From: a bacterium
GTDB taxonomy: Bacteria > JAAXHH01
DNA length: 64,000 bases
Direction: 5' to 3'
Assembly: GCA_965200485.1 (NCBI GenBank)
Contig: CBDAUD010000002.1
Coordinates: 242,743-306,742 of the forward strand
In this document: positions 16,875 to 26,090 of the stretch, piece after piece
How positions within the stretch are numbered: the stretch's first letter is position 1
How the letters are laid out: each line of letters starts with the position of its first letter
Notes under the pieces: model-generated
What the model saw: the letters and a program-made list of their open reading frames with translations, nothing else
Database searches by the model: none
What the model was told of the DNA's origin: nothing
Position numbers and translations under genes: made by a program

Positions 16875-17582
16875 TCACTCTAGCGCCGATTCCATTTTTT
16901 GCAATACCTCGACGATTAATCTCAAGCCGTTAAAACACATCATTCTAACTGCTGCCCTTTCCCAATCGCGAGGGAGCGGATGGCCCCCCATCATGAAAAA
17001 GGACCCTTCTACAGCAGCTAGGACCTCAGGCAAGGTCTCGTCTATGTCGCGGGTTGCCAAGACGACGGGTATGAATCCAAGGATTTGGTCCACGATCTCA
17101 AAGGCTTTGACCGGGTCTCCAGGCGGGCTTGCATCTAGGGCGACCATAGCCTCGCGCAGAGAGGCAAGATCCATGCTCAGGATGGCTAAAGCCTTGGAAA
17201 AGACGGCCTCTTCATTCTTCCGCCGTTCTTGGGCAAGCTGAGCTCGTCGTGCTTCGGCCTTCGCCCTAGCCTCAGCGTAGGCGGCTTCCTTATTCCGATT
17301 TTCTTGCGCAGCCAAGGCCATGCAATCTTTCACATATTCCACAGCTTCGATAAAGTCAGTCTCAGCCTCTTTTCGCCGTGCCTCGGTAGCCGAAGCTATG
17401 CAGGCGTTTATCTGGCCGCGGTAACGAGCGGCGACAAAATGAAAGCGCCAAGCCGACCAGATTCGGCTGAAACCTGCCCGGACGGCTTCCACAATGGCCA
17501 TCATTGTGGCAACCGATCGGCTAACTGCTTCATGACTGCTCCTTCGCGTGAATGGGGAGGGAGTCCATACAATATGCAGCAT
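16875..17582 (-). CDS. Hypothetical protein with central coiled-coil (AEARAKAEARRAQLAQERRKNEE), located in a small low-GC islet
   Basis: 235-aa ORF (alternative start MMAIVEAV at 17507). Amino-acid composition is protein-like, whereas the overlapping plus-strand ORF 16708-17241 is R/S-rich and looks non-coding. No homolog recognised. Confidence 0.4.
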   Translation of the reverse strand: MLHIVWTPSPFTRRSSHEAVSRSVATMMAIVEAVRAGFSRIWSAWRFHFVAARYRGQINACIASATEARRKEAETDFIEAVEYVKDCMALAAQENRNKEAAYAEARAKAEARRAQLAQERRKNEEAVFSKALAILSMDLASLREAMVALDASPPGDPVKAFEIVDQILGFIPVVLATRDIDETLPEVLAAVEGSFFMMGGHPLPRDWERAAVRMMCFNGLRLIVEVLQKMESALE

Positions 17583-17611
17583 GACTGAACTGATACAGAA
17601 ACCATGGCCGG

Positions 17612-18271
17612 TCAGGGTTTTCCGTATGCTCCCCGATGTATGGCCCTGCCCTCCACGGTGTATTTCGTCTCGAAATTGGTCAGGTTGCCGCCCAGTTCCT
17701 TTACGCGCACGGGGATGTCCTCCAGTGCGGCCAAACGTCCCGACGTTTCCAGCAGCGCTACGATCTCCTCGTAGTACTCGACGTAATCGGTGGCGAAATC
17801 GAGGGTGCCGCCCGTGGCCAGCGTGCGTACGATTTCGTCCAGGAAGCGGGCGTTGATCAGGCGGCGTTTCCGATGACGTTTCTTCGGCCAGGGGTCGGGA
17901 AAGTAGATGTGATAGGCCGAAACGGCCTCATCCGGTATGAATCTCTCCACAAAGTACACGGCGTCGTCCCGCAACAGGCGGACGTTCGCCAGTTTCCGCC
18001 GTACCACCCGTTCCTTCATGATGCGGAAATAACGCAACGCTCTTTCTATGCCGAGGTAATTGATCCCCGGATAGGCCATGGCCGAATTGATGAGAAAGCG
18101 GCCCTTGCCGCATCCGATCTCGACTTCCACCGGGCCGTCGCCATCGAACAACCGGTCCCATCGGCCCTGTTCCTCATTCTCCCGTATGCGAAATTCCACG
18201 TCCCCGGACAAGGAGTCCCCGGCAACGGCCGTGGGCTGACTGGGTCCGTCGGAAAGGGTCGTTTGTTCCAT
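17612..18271 (-). CDS. trmB: tRNA (guanine46-N7)-methyltransferase
   Basis: Start taken at MEQTTLSDG (ATG complement at 18271). SAM-binding EIGCGKGRF and conserved FPDPWPKKRH motifs diagnostic of TrmB. Confidence 0.85.
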   Translation of the reverse strand: MEQTTLSDGPSQPTAVAGDSLSGDVEFRIRENEEQGRWDRLFDGDGPVEVEIGCGKGRFLINSAMAYPGINYLGIERALRYFRIMKERVVRRKLANVRLLRDDAVYFVERFIPDEAVSAYHIYFPDPWPKKRHRKRRLINARFLDEIVRTLATGGTLDFATDYVEYYEEIVALLETSGRLAALEDIPVRVKELGGNLTNFETKYTVEGRAIHRGAYGKP

Positions 18272-18495
18272 TGAATAGGCGACAGGGTAAGGGGTAACCG
18301 ATGGATGGAGGACAGGACGCGGGGTAACCCGGCCGGAATATTCCAAAAAACAAGCTAACATGCGGACGGCTTCCTGTCAAGCCATACGCCGTACCCAGAA
18401 TTGGTTTGATCTTGCGTCGGTTTCTGCTTATCATTCAAACTAATCGTGATCAGATTTGCCTAAGCTGATTTCTTCCGTGTTCCCGAGGTTGCGCC

Positions 18496-19341
18496 ATGCT
18501 CGATTACCACATGCACGTGGAGAACTACTACCCTTTCGGGCGTACACCCGATACCCGACCCTCCGGCACGGACCCGATGGAGACCATGCGTCTGTTCGCC
18601 GACTCCGCGGCCGCCCGGGGCGTGCGGGAGATCGCGATTACCGAACACGTGTATCATTTCGTTCAGGCGAAGCGCATCGTGGACAAGCCCTGGGCAGAAG
18701 ACAAGTGCTTCTACGATATGGACGACTACGTCAGCCTGTTGCAGGACGCCCGCCGCGCGGGACTGCCCATCAAGCTCGGTATCGAGATGGACTATGTCGA
18801 GGGCAAGGAACCGGTTATCGAACGGATCGTCGGCGGGTATCCGTGGGACTTCGTGCTGGGCTCGGTACACTGGATCGGAGACTGGGGTTTCGATATGCCC
18901 CGTTTCGCGGACGAGTGGGACCGCCGGTCCGTGGACCAGGCCTACCGGGACTACTTCCGCCTGCTGGGGCAGGCCGTGGAGACCGGTTGTTTCAATTCCA
19001 TGTCGCATCCCGACCTTATCAAGGTGATGGGGCATATGCCGGAAGGCGACATCTCGGACTTGTACGAAGCCTTTGCCGAACAGGTGAGCAGCCAGGCGGG
19101 CCTCTGCGTCGAGATCAGCTCGGCGGGCATTCGAAAACCCGTGGGCAGGATTTACCCGGAACGACCGCTGCTCGAGGCCTGCGCCCGTCGGGGTATTCCC
19201 ATCACGACGGCATCCGATGCCCATGTCGTGGAGGATATTGGCAGGGATTTCGACCAGGTCAGAGCCCACGCGCGGTCCTGCGGATACCTTGAAGCCATGT
19301 CCTTCGACCGTCGCCACGCGACGCCGGTCGCCATAGAGTAG
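18496..19341 (+). CDS. PHP-family histidinol-phosphatase (HisK-like)
   Basis: 281-aa ORF. N-terminal MLDYHMHV (HxH metal site of the PHP domain). Internal ITEHV and LGSVHW His clusters match HisK-type histidinol-phosphate phosphatases. Confidence 0.7.
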   Translation: MLDYHMHVENYYPFGRTPDTRPSGTDPMETMRLFADSAAARGVREIAITEHVYHFVQAKRIVDKPWAEDKCFYDMDDYVSLLQDARRAGLPIKLGIEMDYVEGKEPVIERIVGGYPWDFVLGSVHWIGDWGFDMPRFADEWDRRSVDQAYRDYFRLLGQAVETGCFNSMSHPDLIKVMGHMPEGDISDLYEAFAEQVSSQAGLCVEISSAGIRKPVGRIYPERPLLEACARRGIPITTASDAHVVEDIGRDFDQVRAHARSCGYLEAMSFDRRHATPVAIE

Positions 19342-19368
19342 GCTTCGTTTCAGGAGGGATAAGAAATC

Positions 19369-20562
19369 ATGGCTACCGCCGTTGTGAAACCGCGCATTCG
19401 CGGATTCATCTGCACCACGGCGCATCCGGCCGGATGCGCTTCGAACGTCAACACCCAGCTCCAGATCGCCCGGAACGCCCGCCAGGACGGCGCAGGACGA
19501 CTGCGCGTGCTGATCATCGGCGCTTCGACCGGATACGGCCTGGCGGCGCGTATTGCGGCAGGCGCGATGTACGGTGCCGATACGGTAGGCGTGTTCTTCG
19601 AACGAGCAGGCAGCGGGACCCGAAGCGGCACGCCCGGCTTCTACAATACGGCGGCGTACCATCGTTACGCGCAGGAGAGCGGGCTCGTTTCGCTCAACAT
19701 CAACGGCGACGCATACTCTCATGAAGTCAAGCGGCAAACCACGGCGCTTGTCGCTTCCGCCATGGGCCAGGTGGACGTGGTGATATACAGCCTCGCCTCT
19801 CCCAAGCGCACGGATCCCGATACCGGGGAAACCTACCAGTCGGTACTCCGGCCCGTCGGGGAAACCTACGCGGGCAAGACGATCGATCTGAACCGCGAGG
19901 TCGTCAGCGAGGTTTCCGTGGAACCGGCAGAGGCGGAAGGCATTCGGGGGACCGTCGGCGTCATGGGCGGGGACGACCTGCACCTGTGGAGCCGGGCCCT
20001 GCTGGATACCGGCTTGCTGGCGGAAGGCGCGCGCATCATACCGTTTTCCTACATCGGGCCCGCCCTGACCTGGGCCATATACCGGAGCGGGACCATCGGT
20101 CGTGCGAAGGAACACCTCGAAGAGACCACGAAGCGGATCAGCCGCCAACTGGCGGCATCCGTCGGCGGGCAGGCCGTCGTGTCGGTGAACAAGGCCGTGA
20201 TTACGCAGGCGTCGGCCGCGATACCGGTCGTCCCGCTGTATATAAGCCTGTTGTACCGGATCATGCGCGAAAGAGGTCAGCACGAGGATCCGATCCACCA
20301 GATGGTCCGGCTGTTCAGCGATCACATCGGACCGGACCGGAGTCCGGTGGTTGACGAGGAGGGCCGTATCCGACTCGACGACGTGGAGCTGGAAGCGTCC
20401 ATACAGCGGGAAATCGATGCGGTTTGGCCGCAGATCGATACGGAGAATTTCCGTGCGCTGACCGACTACGATACCTACAAACGGGGTTTTCGGCAGTTGT
20501 TCGGCTTCGAAGTGGACGGCGTGGCTTATGATGAGCCGGTAGAAATGGAAGCGCAGATTTGA
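19369..20562 (+). CDS. fabV: Trans-2-enoyl-CoA/ACP reductase (NADH) FabV
   Basis: 397-aa ORF. N-terminus KPRIRGFICTTAHPAGC and LIIGASTGYGLA are diagnostic of the FabV/TER family. Confidence 0.85.
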   Translation: MATAVVKPRIRGFICTTAHPAGCASNVNTQLQIARNARQDGAGRLRVLIIGASTGYGLAARIAAGAMYGADTVGVFFERAGSGTRSGTPGFYNTAAYHRYAQESGLVSLNINGDAYSHEVKRQTTALVASAMGQVDVVIYSLASPKRTDPDTGETYQSVLRPVGETYAGKTIDLNREVVSEVSVEPAEAEGIRGTVGVMGGDDLHLWSRALLDTGLLAEGARIIPFSYIGPALTWAIYRSGTIGRAKEHLEETTKRISRQLAASVGGQAVVSVNKAVITQASAAIPVVPLYISLLYRIMRERGQHEDPIHQMVRLFSDHIGPDRSPVVDEEGRIRLDDVELEASIQREIDAVWPQIDTENFRALTDYDTYKRGFRQLFGFEVDGVAYDEPVEMEAQI

Positions 20563-20573
20563 AGGGAGGATCC

Positions 20574-21305
20574 GTGCGTTACAAACGCGTATTGATCAAG
20601 CTCAGCGGCGGCGCACTTTCCGGCCAGAACCTCTGGGGATTCGATCCTTCCGCCATTGAGTACATCGCCAGCGAGGTCATGAAGCTGCATGCCGCGGGGG
20701 TCGAAGTGGGCATTGTGGCAGGCGGGGGCAACATCTTCAAGGGCGAGCTGGGCCAGGATTGGGGTATCGAGCGCGCGGAGGCAGACAATATCGGCATGAT
20801 CGCGACCGTGATCAACAGCATGATGCTGCGCGGCGCCCTGACCTCCCGCGGGGCGGGCGACGTCCGGGTCATGACCGCCATCCCCATCAACACCGTTGCC
20901 GAACCCTACATCAGGCTTCGGGCCATTCGGCACCTGGAGAACGGCCGCATCGTCCTCCTCGCCGCCGGCACCGGGAATCCCTATGTGACCACGGATTATC
21001 CATCGGTGCTGCGCGCGCTGGAGCTCCGGACGGAAGTGCTGCTTTCGGCGAAAAACGGGACCGACGGAATCTATACGAGCGATCCGCAGGAGAACGCGGA
21101 TGCCCGAAGATACGAGGTCGTCAGCTACGATTCTGTCATCCAGCACGATCTCAGGGTGATGGACCAGACGGCCGTATTGCTGGCACGGGACAACCAGCTG
21201 CCGATTCACGTTTTCGACTTCAATTCGCCCGGCGCCATGGAGCGGATATGCCGGGGCGAGGACCTTGGCACCCTGATTACGAGGGGATCGGACCAATTCG
21301 CCTGA
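20574..21305 (+). CDS. pyrH: UMP kinase
   Basis: Start assigned to GTG at 20574 with SD aagggagga 5 nt upstream; the ORF track begins at an upstream TTG inside the fabV stop. Motifs KRVLIKLSGGAL and GGGNIF are typical of PyrH. Confidence 0.9.
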   Translation: MRYKRVLIKLSGGALSGQNLWGFDPSAIEYIASEVMKLHAAGVEVGIVAGGGNIFKGELGQDWGIERAEADNIGMIATVINSMMLRGALTSRGAGDVRVMTAIPINTVAEPYIRLRAIRHLENGRIVLLAAGTGNPYVTTDYPSVLRALELRTEVLLSAKNGTDGIYTSDPQENADARRYEVVSYDSVIQHDLRVMDQTAVLLARDNQLPIHVFDFNSPGAMERICRGEDLGTLITRGSDQFA

Positions 21306-21324
21306 ATCCGGTCGTTCCATCATC

Positions 21325-22437
21325 ATGATATCCCGTCTATCCAGGCACCTCGCGGAGGTTTTGCTGTCCTGCGGCGTCCTTGCGGCATGCGGCATCCTCG
21401 GGTGCGGTCCGACCGACGGAAACGCCGACGCGGCGCAGGATACAAGCTTCGCATCGAAGAACGTCTACAAGGGCGTATCCTGGGTGGGCGGCCGCCGGGA
21501 AATCCCGGAGAACGCCCTGCCCGAGGCGCGGGAACTGGGCATCGAGTGGCTTGCGCTTACCCCCTTCGGCTGGATGGAGAACCACGCCACGCCGTCCGTC
21601 CGGTTGAATCGGCGCGCCAGGTTCTGGGGCGAGTCCGACCAGGGCCTGCGCACTACCGCCAGAAAGGCCCGCGAACTGGGATTTCGGCTGATGCTCAAAC
21701 CGCACATCTGGCTGACCAGGCCCGTGGACGACGGCTGGGTCGGTACGATCGATTTCGATTCGGAAGAAGCCTGGCGGAAATGGGAATCGGATTACCGAAC
21801 TTTCATTCTGCACTACGCCGAACTGGCCGAGGCCGAAAACATGGCGATCCTCTGCATCGCCACCGAACTGTCCAATCCCGTGCGGACCCGGCCGCATTTC
21901 TGGAAGTCGCTCATCGGGGAAATCAGAACGGTCTACTCCGGCGAGTTGACCTATGCGGCGAACTGGTATCGCGACTACGACGTGGTGGAGATCTGGCCTC
22001 TGCTCGACTACATCGGCGTCAACGCGTATTTCCCCCTGACAGACCGGTCCGGCCCCGGCGTATCGGAAATCATGACAGGTTGGAAGCCGCATATCGAACG
22101 CATCGGCCGGTTGGCGGAAGCACATGGCAAGCCCGTTCTTTTTACCGAGGTCGGATACAAGAACTCGCCGGGATCGACCATACGACCCTGGGAATGGCCG
22201 CCGAGGCGCCGTCGGAGCGGCGATGCGCCGCAGGACAGCCACAGGGTAGACCAGGACGAGCAGGTCAATGCCTACGAAGCGTTGTTCCGGTCCGTTAGCC
22301 CATTGCCGTGGTTCCGGGGCCTGTTCATCTGGAAATGGTATCCCGATTCGAACCGCATTACCGCGGACAGGGTGGAATTCAGCCCGCAAAACAAGGCGGC
22401 GGAACGGGTATTGCAACGATGGTACTCGGCCCCCTGA
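21325..22437 (+). CDS. Clan GH-A (GH5/GH113-like) glycoside hydrolase lipoprotein
   Basis: 370-aa ORF with a lipoprotein-type signal (LLSCGVLAACGILGC). Putative catalytic acid/base in CIATELSNP and nucleophile in FTEVGY (xTExG) as in (beta/alpha)8 GH-A enzymes. Family not resolved. Confidence 0.5.
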   Translation: MISRLSRHLAEVLLSCGVLAACGILGCGPTDGNADAAQDTSFASKNVYKGVSWVGGRREIPENALPEARELGIEWLALTPFGWMENHATPSVRLNRRARFWGESDQGLRTTARKARELGFRLMLKPHIWLTRPVDDGWVGTIDFDSEEAWRKWESDYRTFILHYAELAEAENMAILCIATELSNPVRTRPHFWKSLIGEIRTVYSGELTYAANWYRDYDVVEIWPLLDYIGVNAYFPLTDRSGPGVSEIMTGWKPHIERIGRLAEAHGKPVLFTEVGYKNSPGSTIRPWEWPPRRRRSGDAPQDSHRVDQDEQVNAYEALFRSVSPLPWFRGLFIWKWYPDSNRITADRVEFSPQNKAAERVLQRWYSAP

Positions 22438-22605
22438 AATGGTGCCGTACGGATCGGCCGGCCGGATGTTCGCGTAGTCATGTGCCGGCTGAGGACTTGC
22501 TTCCCAGTGCCGTCCGCGTGTTCAAGTAGCCATACCGGCCGCATATTCGCATAGTGATATCGGCCAGACGTTCCCTTGTGATCTCGTCATGTTCCGACAG
22601 AAGCC

Positions 22606-22639
22606 GGATGAATACATGCAAACCGGGATGAATCCATGC
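22606..22639 (+). repeat. Two 14-bp direct repeats (ggatgaatNcatgc) spaced 20 bp apart, the second overlapping the OYE start codon
   Basis: ggatgaatacatgc at 22606-22619 and ggatgaatccatgc at 22626-22639. ATG of the OYE gene at 22636-22638 lies inside copy 2. Confidence 0.6.
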
Positions 22640-24075
22640 CAAAGTACTTTCGTTACCGATCGCTCGACGATCTGCAACAGGACATCGACCGCCTCGGATT
22701 GAACGATGAGATTCGGCTGGCCGAAAACCTCGATCCGCTCTGGCGCCCCGTTCGATTCGGTGAACGTACCGTCGGGAACTCCATGGCGGTGCACCCCATG
22801 GAAGGATGCGACGGCCACCTCGACGGTTCGCCGGATGAACTGGTCTTCCGTCGATGGCGACTCTTTGGAGAGGGCGGGGCGAAACTGATCTGGGGCGAAG
22901 CGACGGCCGTGCTGGAGGAGGCCCGGGCGAATCCACGTCAACTCTGGTTGCACCGCGGCAACGTCGGGTCCTTCGAGGCGCTGCTTGCGCAGACCCGCAA
23001 AGCCCACCGGGCCGTGCATGGCCGGGATGACGATCTCCTGGTCGGCCTGCAGCTGACCCATTCCGGTCGCTACAGTTATCGGAAACCCCTGATCGCCTTT
23101 CATGATCCTGCCGCCGATCCGGTAACCCTCGTGGACAAAAAGCGCAAGATCCCCGTTACGCCGGATTATCCGGTGATGACCGACGCGGAATTGGCCCGGG
23201 TGGAGGATGCCCTCGTCGAGACCGCGAAACTCGCCTGGCAGGCGGGTTTCGACTTCGTCGACATCAAGCAGTGCCATCGCTATCTGCTCTCCGAGTTGCT
23301 GGCGGCGCGCGGGCGGGACGGCGCGTACGGCGGCTCCCTCGAGAACAGGACCCGGCTGGTCCGGAACGTGATAGGCCGCATCCGGGAGGAGACGGGGGAC
23401 GCGTTGCTGCTGGCCAGCCGGATGAACGTCTACGACGGCTTGCCCTACGTCACCGACCCCGACACCCGAACGGGCACGCCCCGTACCCCTTTCCCCGTCC
23501 CCTTTCATTCCGGTTTCGGCGTGGATCGTAACGATCCGCTGAAGGAGGACCTGTCGGAACCGGTCATGGTGGCCGGTATGCTCCGGGAAGCCGGGCTCCG
23601 GATGATCAACGTCACCATGGGAAGTCCGTACTACAATCCGCATGTGGGCAGACCTGCTGAAAGGTCGCCGGTGGACGGTTACGACGCGCCGGAACATCCC
23701 CTCTTCGGCGTCGCCCGGCACTTTCGGGCAGCCGCGGCGGTCAGCAAGGCCCACCCGGACCTCAACGTAGTGGGAACCGGATACAGCTGGCTGCAGAAAT
23801 ACATGGTCAACGCCGGTGCGGCCAACATCCGCGATGGCCGGGTGACCCTCATGGGATCCGGAAGAGGCGCGCTGGCCTATCCCGATTTTGCGAAGGACGT
23901 GGCCGAGCACGGCGAAATGATCCGCAAGAAGAGTTGTATCACCGTCAGCTACTGTACGGCCCTGATGCGCGGCAAGCACAACGAACTCGGTCAGTTCGCC
24001 GTAGGATGCGTGCCGCGGGACAGGATATACGCGGACCTCTACAAGGAGATGCTGGATACGGCGCCTGAATCATAG
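22636..24075 (+). CDS. Old Yellow Enzyme-like NADH:flavin oxidoreductase (TIM-barrel ene-reductase family)
   Basis: 479-aa ORF. The OYE-like core (LQLTHSGRY; FDFVDIKQCHRYLLSELL; GGSLENR) matches FMN-dependent OYE/2,4-dienoyl-CoA-reductase-type barrels. Confidence 0.7.
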   Translation: MPKYFRYRSLDDLQQDIDRLGLNDEIRLAENLDPLWRPVRFGERTVGNSMAVHPMEGCDGHLDGSPDELVFRRWRLFGEGGAKLIWGEATAVLEEARANPRQLWLHRGNVGSFEALLAQTRKAHRAVHGRDDDLLVGLQLTHSGRYSYRKPLIAFHDPAADPVTLVDKKRKIPVTPDYPVMTDAELARVEDALVETAKLAWQAGFDFVDIKQCHRYLLSELLAARGRDGAYGGSLENRTRLVRNVIGRIREETGDALLLASRMNVYDGLPYVTDPDTRTGTPRTPFPVPFHSGFGVDRNDPLKEDLSEPVMVAGMLREAGLRMINVTMGSPYYNPHVGRPAERSPVDGYDAPEHPLFGVARHFRAAAAVSKAHPDLNVVGTGYSWLQKYMVNAGAANIRDGRVTLMGSGRGALAYPDFAKDVAEHGEMIRKKSCITVSYCTALMRGKHNELGQFAVGCVPRDRIYADLYKEMLDTAPES

Positions 24076-24232
24076 AGACCGCGAGCCCTCCGGCGACGGC
24101 GCGTCCTCCGGTCCCGGTGAATCCCCCGGCAGTCAGGCCGTAACGCTCCGGGCGGCCGGTATCGGTCTTCTGCTGTCGGCGGGCATCGGGTTCGGTACGC
24201 AGTACCTGGCCGATCGCGGCGGATACGATTTC

Positions 24233-26062
24233 ATGTTGTTCGCCCATCTGCCTTCCGGCTTCCTGATTCCCTTCCTGGCCTTCGTTCTCCTGCCCAATCT
24301 GGTTTGTCGGGCCTGGTATCCGAAACGGGCGTTGCGCCGCAACGAACTGCTTACGGTCTTCGCCATGGGCTGGGCGGCGTCCATGATGCCCGATCTGGGC
24401 GTCACGCGCTACATGGTCTCCGCCATCGCGGCGCCCGCCTACTTCGCGTCCCCGGAAAACAGGTGGGATGAACTCATCCTTCCCTACCTGCCCCACTGGG
24501 TCTACCTGAGCGACTACGAGTCGGCCCGAAGATTCTACGAAGGGCTGCAGCCGGGGCAGGATATCCCATGGTCTGTCTGGACGACACCCGTCCTCTGGTG
24601 GTTTTGCCTGTTCGCCGCGCTGCTGCTGATCGGCGCCTGTATCGTGGTGATCTTCCGCAGGCAATGGATGGAGTACGAACGGCTGCGATTTCCGATGGCC
24701 GAGGCCGCCCTGCGGCTGACCGGCACATCCGAAGCAAGCCGAGATCAGCCACGCTTCGGGCTGTTTCGCGAGCGTCTTTTTCAGGCGGGTCTGCTGCTGA
24801 CCTTCTCCGCCATGGCCTGGAACTGCGCCGCATACTGGGGCGCGCTGTCCCCGCTACCCATAGACCCGGGTGCGGTGACCACGCTGGAAATCGCCCCGTA
24901 CTTTCCCGGCATACCCTTGCATCTGAACCTCTACGCGCTTTCCTTCGCCTTCTTCGCGCCGGCGGAGATCCTCTTCAGCCTCTGGTTCTTTCAGCTGTTC
25001 GGCGTGCTGGAGCAGGGTCTGCTCAGCCGGCTGGGCATGTTCGCGACGAGCGGCAGCGTGGTGCAGGGCGGACTGACCGGCATGCAGTACACGGGCGGTG
25101 TGCTGGTCTTCGCGGCCTGGCTGGTCTGGACCGCGAGAAAGCATCTGGTTTCGGTTTGGCGCGCGGCATGGGGACCGGTCCGGGACGCAGGCGATGCGCA
25201 GGAGCTGTTCTACTGCCGTTGGGCGCTCTTCGGGCTCGCGGGCGGATCGGTCTTTGCGGTACTGTGGCTGCACAACGCGGGACTCTCCCTGCCAGCCGCA
25301 ATCCTTTTTCTCGTCGTCATGTTCACCTTCTACCTGGTGTTGGCCCGGGTCGTCGCCGAGTCGGGGCTGATCATGGCGGAACTCACGGTGAAACCCAACT
25401 ACTTCACAGTCGGGATGATCGGAACGGCCTCCCTGTCCATGCGCGACATCAACGTGCTGGGCATGGCCAACGGATTCGCAAGGAACTGGCGGACTTTCAC
25501 CCTGGTCGGGTTCTCCCACATCGCCTGGTTGAAGGCCCGGATGGAAGGCGGCGGGCGCGGACTGTTCGCGTGGGTCTGCGCCGCGATCGCCGTCAGCGCG
25601 GTCCTCTCGGTCGTCTCCCTGGTTCATTCCGCGCATGCGGTCGGCGCCAACAACCTGCATACCCAGCCCGGCGGCTTGGGCACCTTCTTCTTCGGCCGCA
25701 CCGTCGTCTGGGCAACCAATGCATCGCAGATCGGCAGCCTGGAAGCCCTGTTTCTGCTGTCCGGCATGTTGATCAACGGGCTGGTGATCGCCGGGCGGGC
25801 CTGGTTTGCCTGGTGGCCCTTTCACCCGGTCGGCATGGCGATCGGGGATGTGGGCGGTGTGGTCCGCAATGCGTTTCTGCCGATTTTCCTCGCATGGCTT
25901 CTGCAGATCGTGTTGATTCGGATCGGCGGCGTCCGCATGTATCAGGCCGCGCAGTCGTTCTTCACCGGCGTGATTCTCGGATTTCTCATGGGCGTTGCCC
26001 TGTCTCTGGTGGTTGACGCGGTGTTCTTCCCCGGAACGCCCCACAGGACGGAGTGGTACTGA
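24233..26062 (+). CDS. Polytopic integral membrane protein (12 or more predicted TM helices), function unknown
   Basis: 609-aa ORF dominated by hydrophobic helices. Reading frame remains open upstream (no stop back to about 24000) but contains no ATG/GTG/TTG, so the start at 24233 is retained. No transporter signature motif recognised. Confidence 0.6.
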   Translation: MLFAHLPSGFLIPFLAFVLLPNLVCRAWYPKRALRRNELLTVFAMGWAASMMPDLGVTRYMVSAIAAPAYFASPENRWDELILPYLPHWVYLSDYESARRFYEGLQPGQDIPWSVWTTPVLWWFCLFAALLLIGACIVVIFRRQWMEYERLRFPMAEAALRLTGTSEASRDQPRFGLFRERLFQAGLLLTFSAMAWNCAAYWGALSPLPIDPGAVTTLEIAPYFPGIPLHLNLYALSFAFFAPAEILFSLWFFQLFGVLEQGLLSRLGMFATSGSVVQGGLTGMQYTGGVLVFAAWLVWTARKHLVSVWRAAWGPVRDAGDAQELFYCRWALFGLAGGSVFAVLWLHNAGLSLPAAILFLVVMFTFYLVLARVVAESGLIMAELTVKPNYFTVGMIGTASLSMRDINVLGMANGFARNWRTFTLVGFSHIAWLKARMEGGGRGLFAWVCAAIAVSAVLSVVSLVHSAHAVGANNLHTQPGGLGTFFFGRTVVWATNASQIGSLEALFLLSGMLINGLVIAGRAWFAWWPFHPVGMAIGDVGGVVRNAFLPIFLAWLLQIVLIRIGGVRMYQAAQSFFTGVILGFLMGVALSLVVDAVFFPGTPHRTEWY

Positions 26063-26090
26063 TGTGCGTTTCCGCGATGCGGGAGGACGG

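Noticed and set aside
16708-17241. 177-aa plus-strand ORF in the low-GC islet
   Set aside because: Overlaps the more protein-like minus-strand ORF. Translation is dominated by Arg/Ser/Thr runs and lacks hydrophobic core periodicity.
18460-20325. 621-aa minus-strand ORF
   Set aside because: Antisense shadow of the PHP phosphatase and fabV genes. Composition-driven, with no recognisable domain.
24076-24232. Possible N-terminal extension of the 609-aa membrane protein (frame open upstream, encodes an extra hydrophobic helix)
   Set aside because: No ATG, GTG or TTG in frame upstream of 24233. Extension would require a rare start codon (for example CTG). Kept the ATG at 24233.
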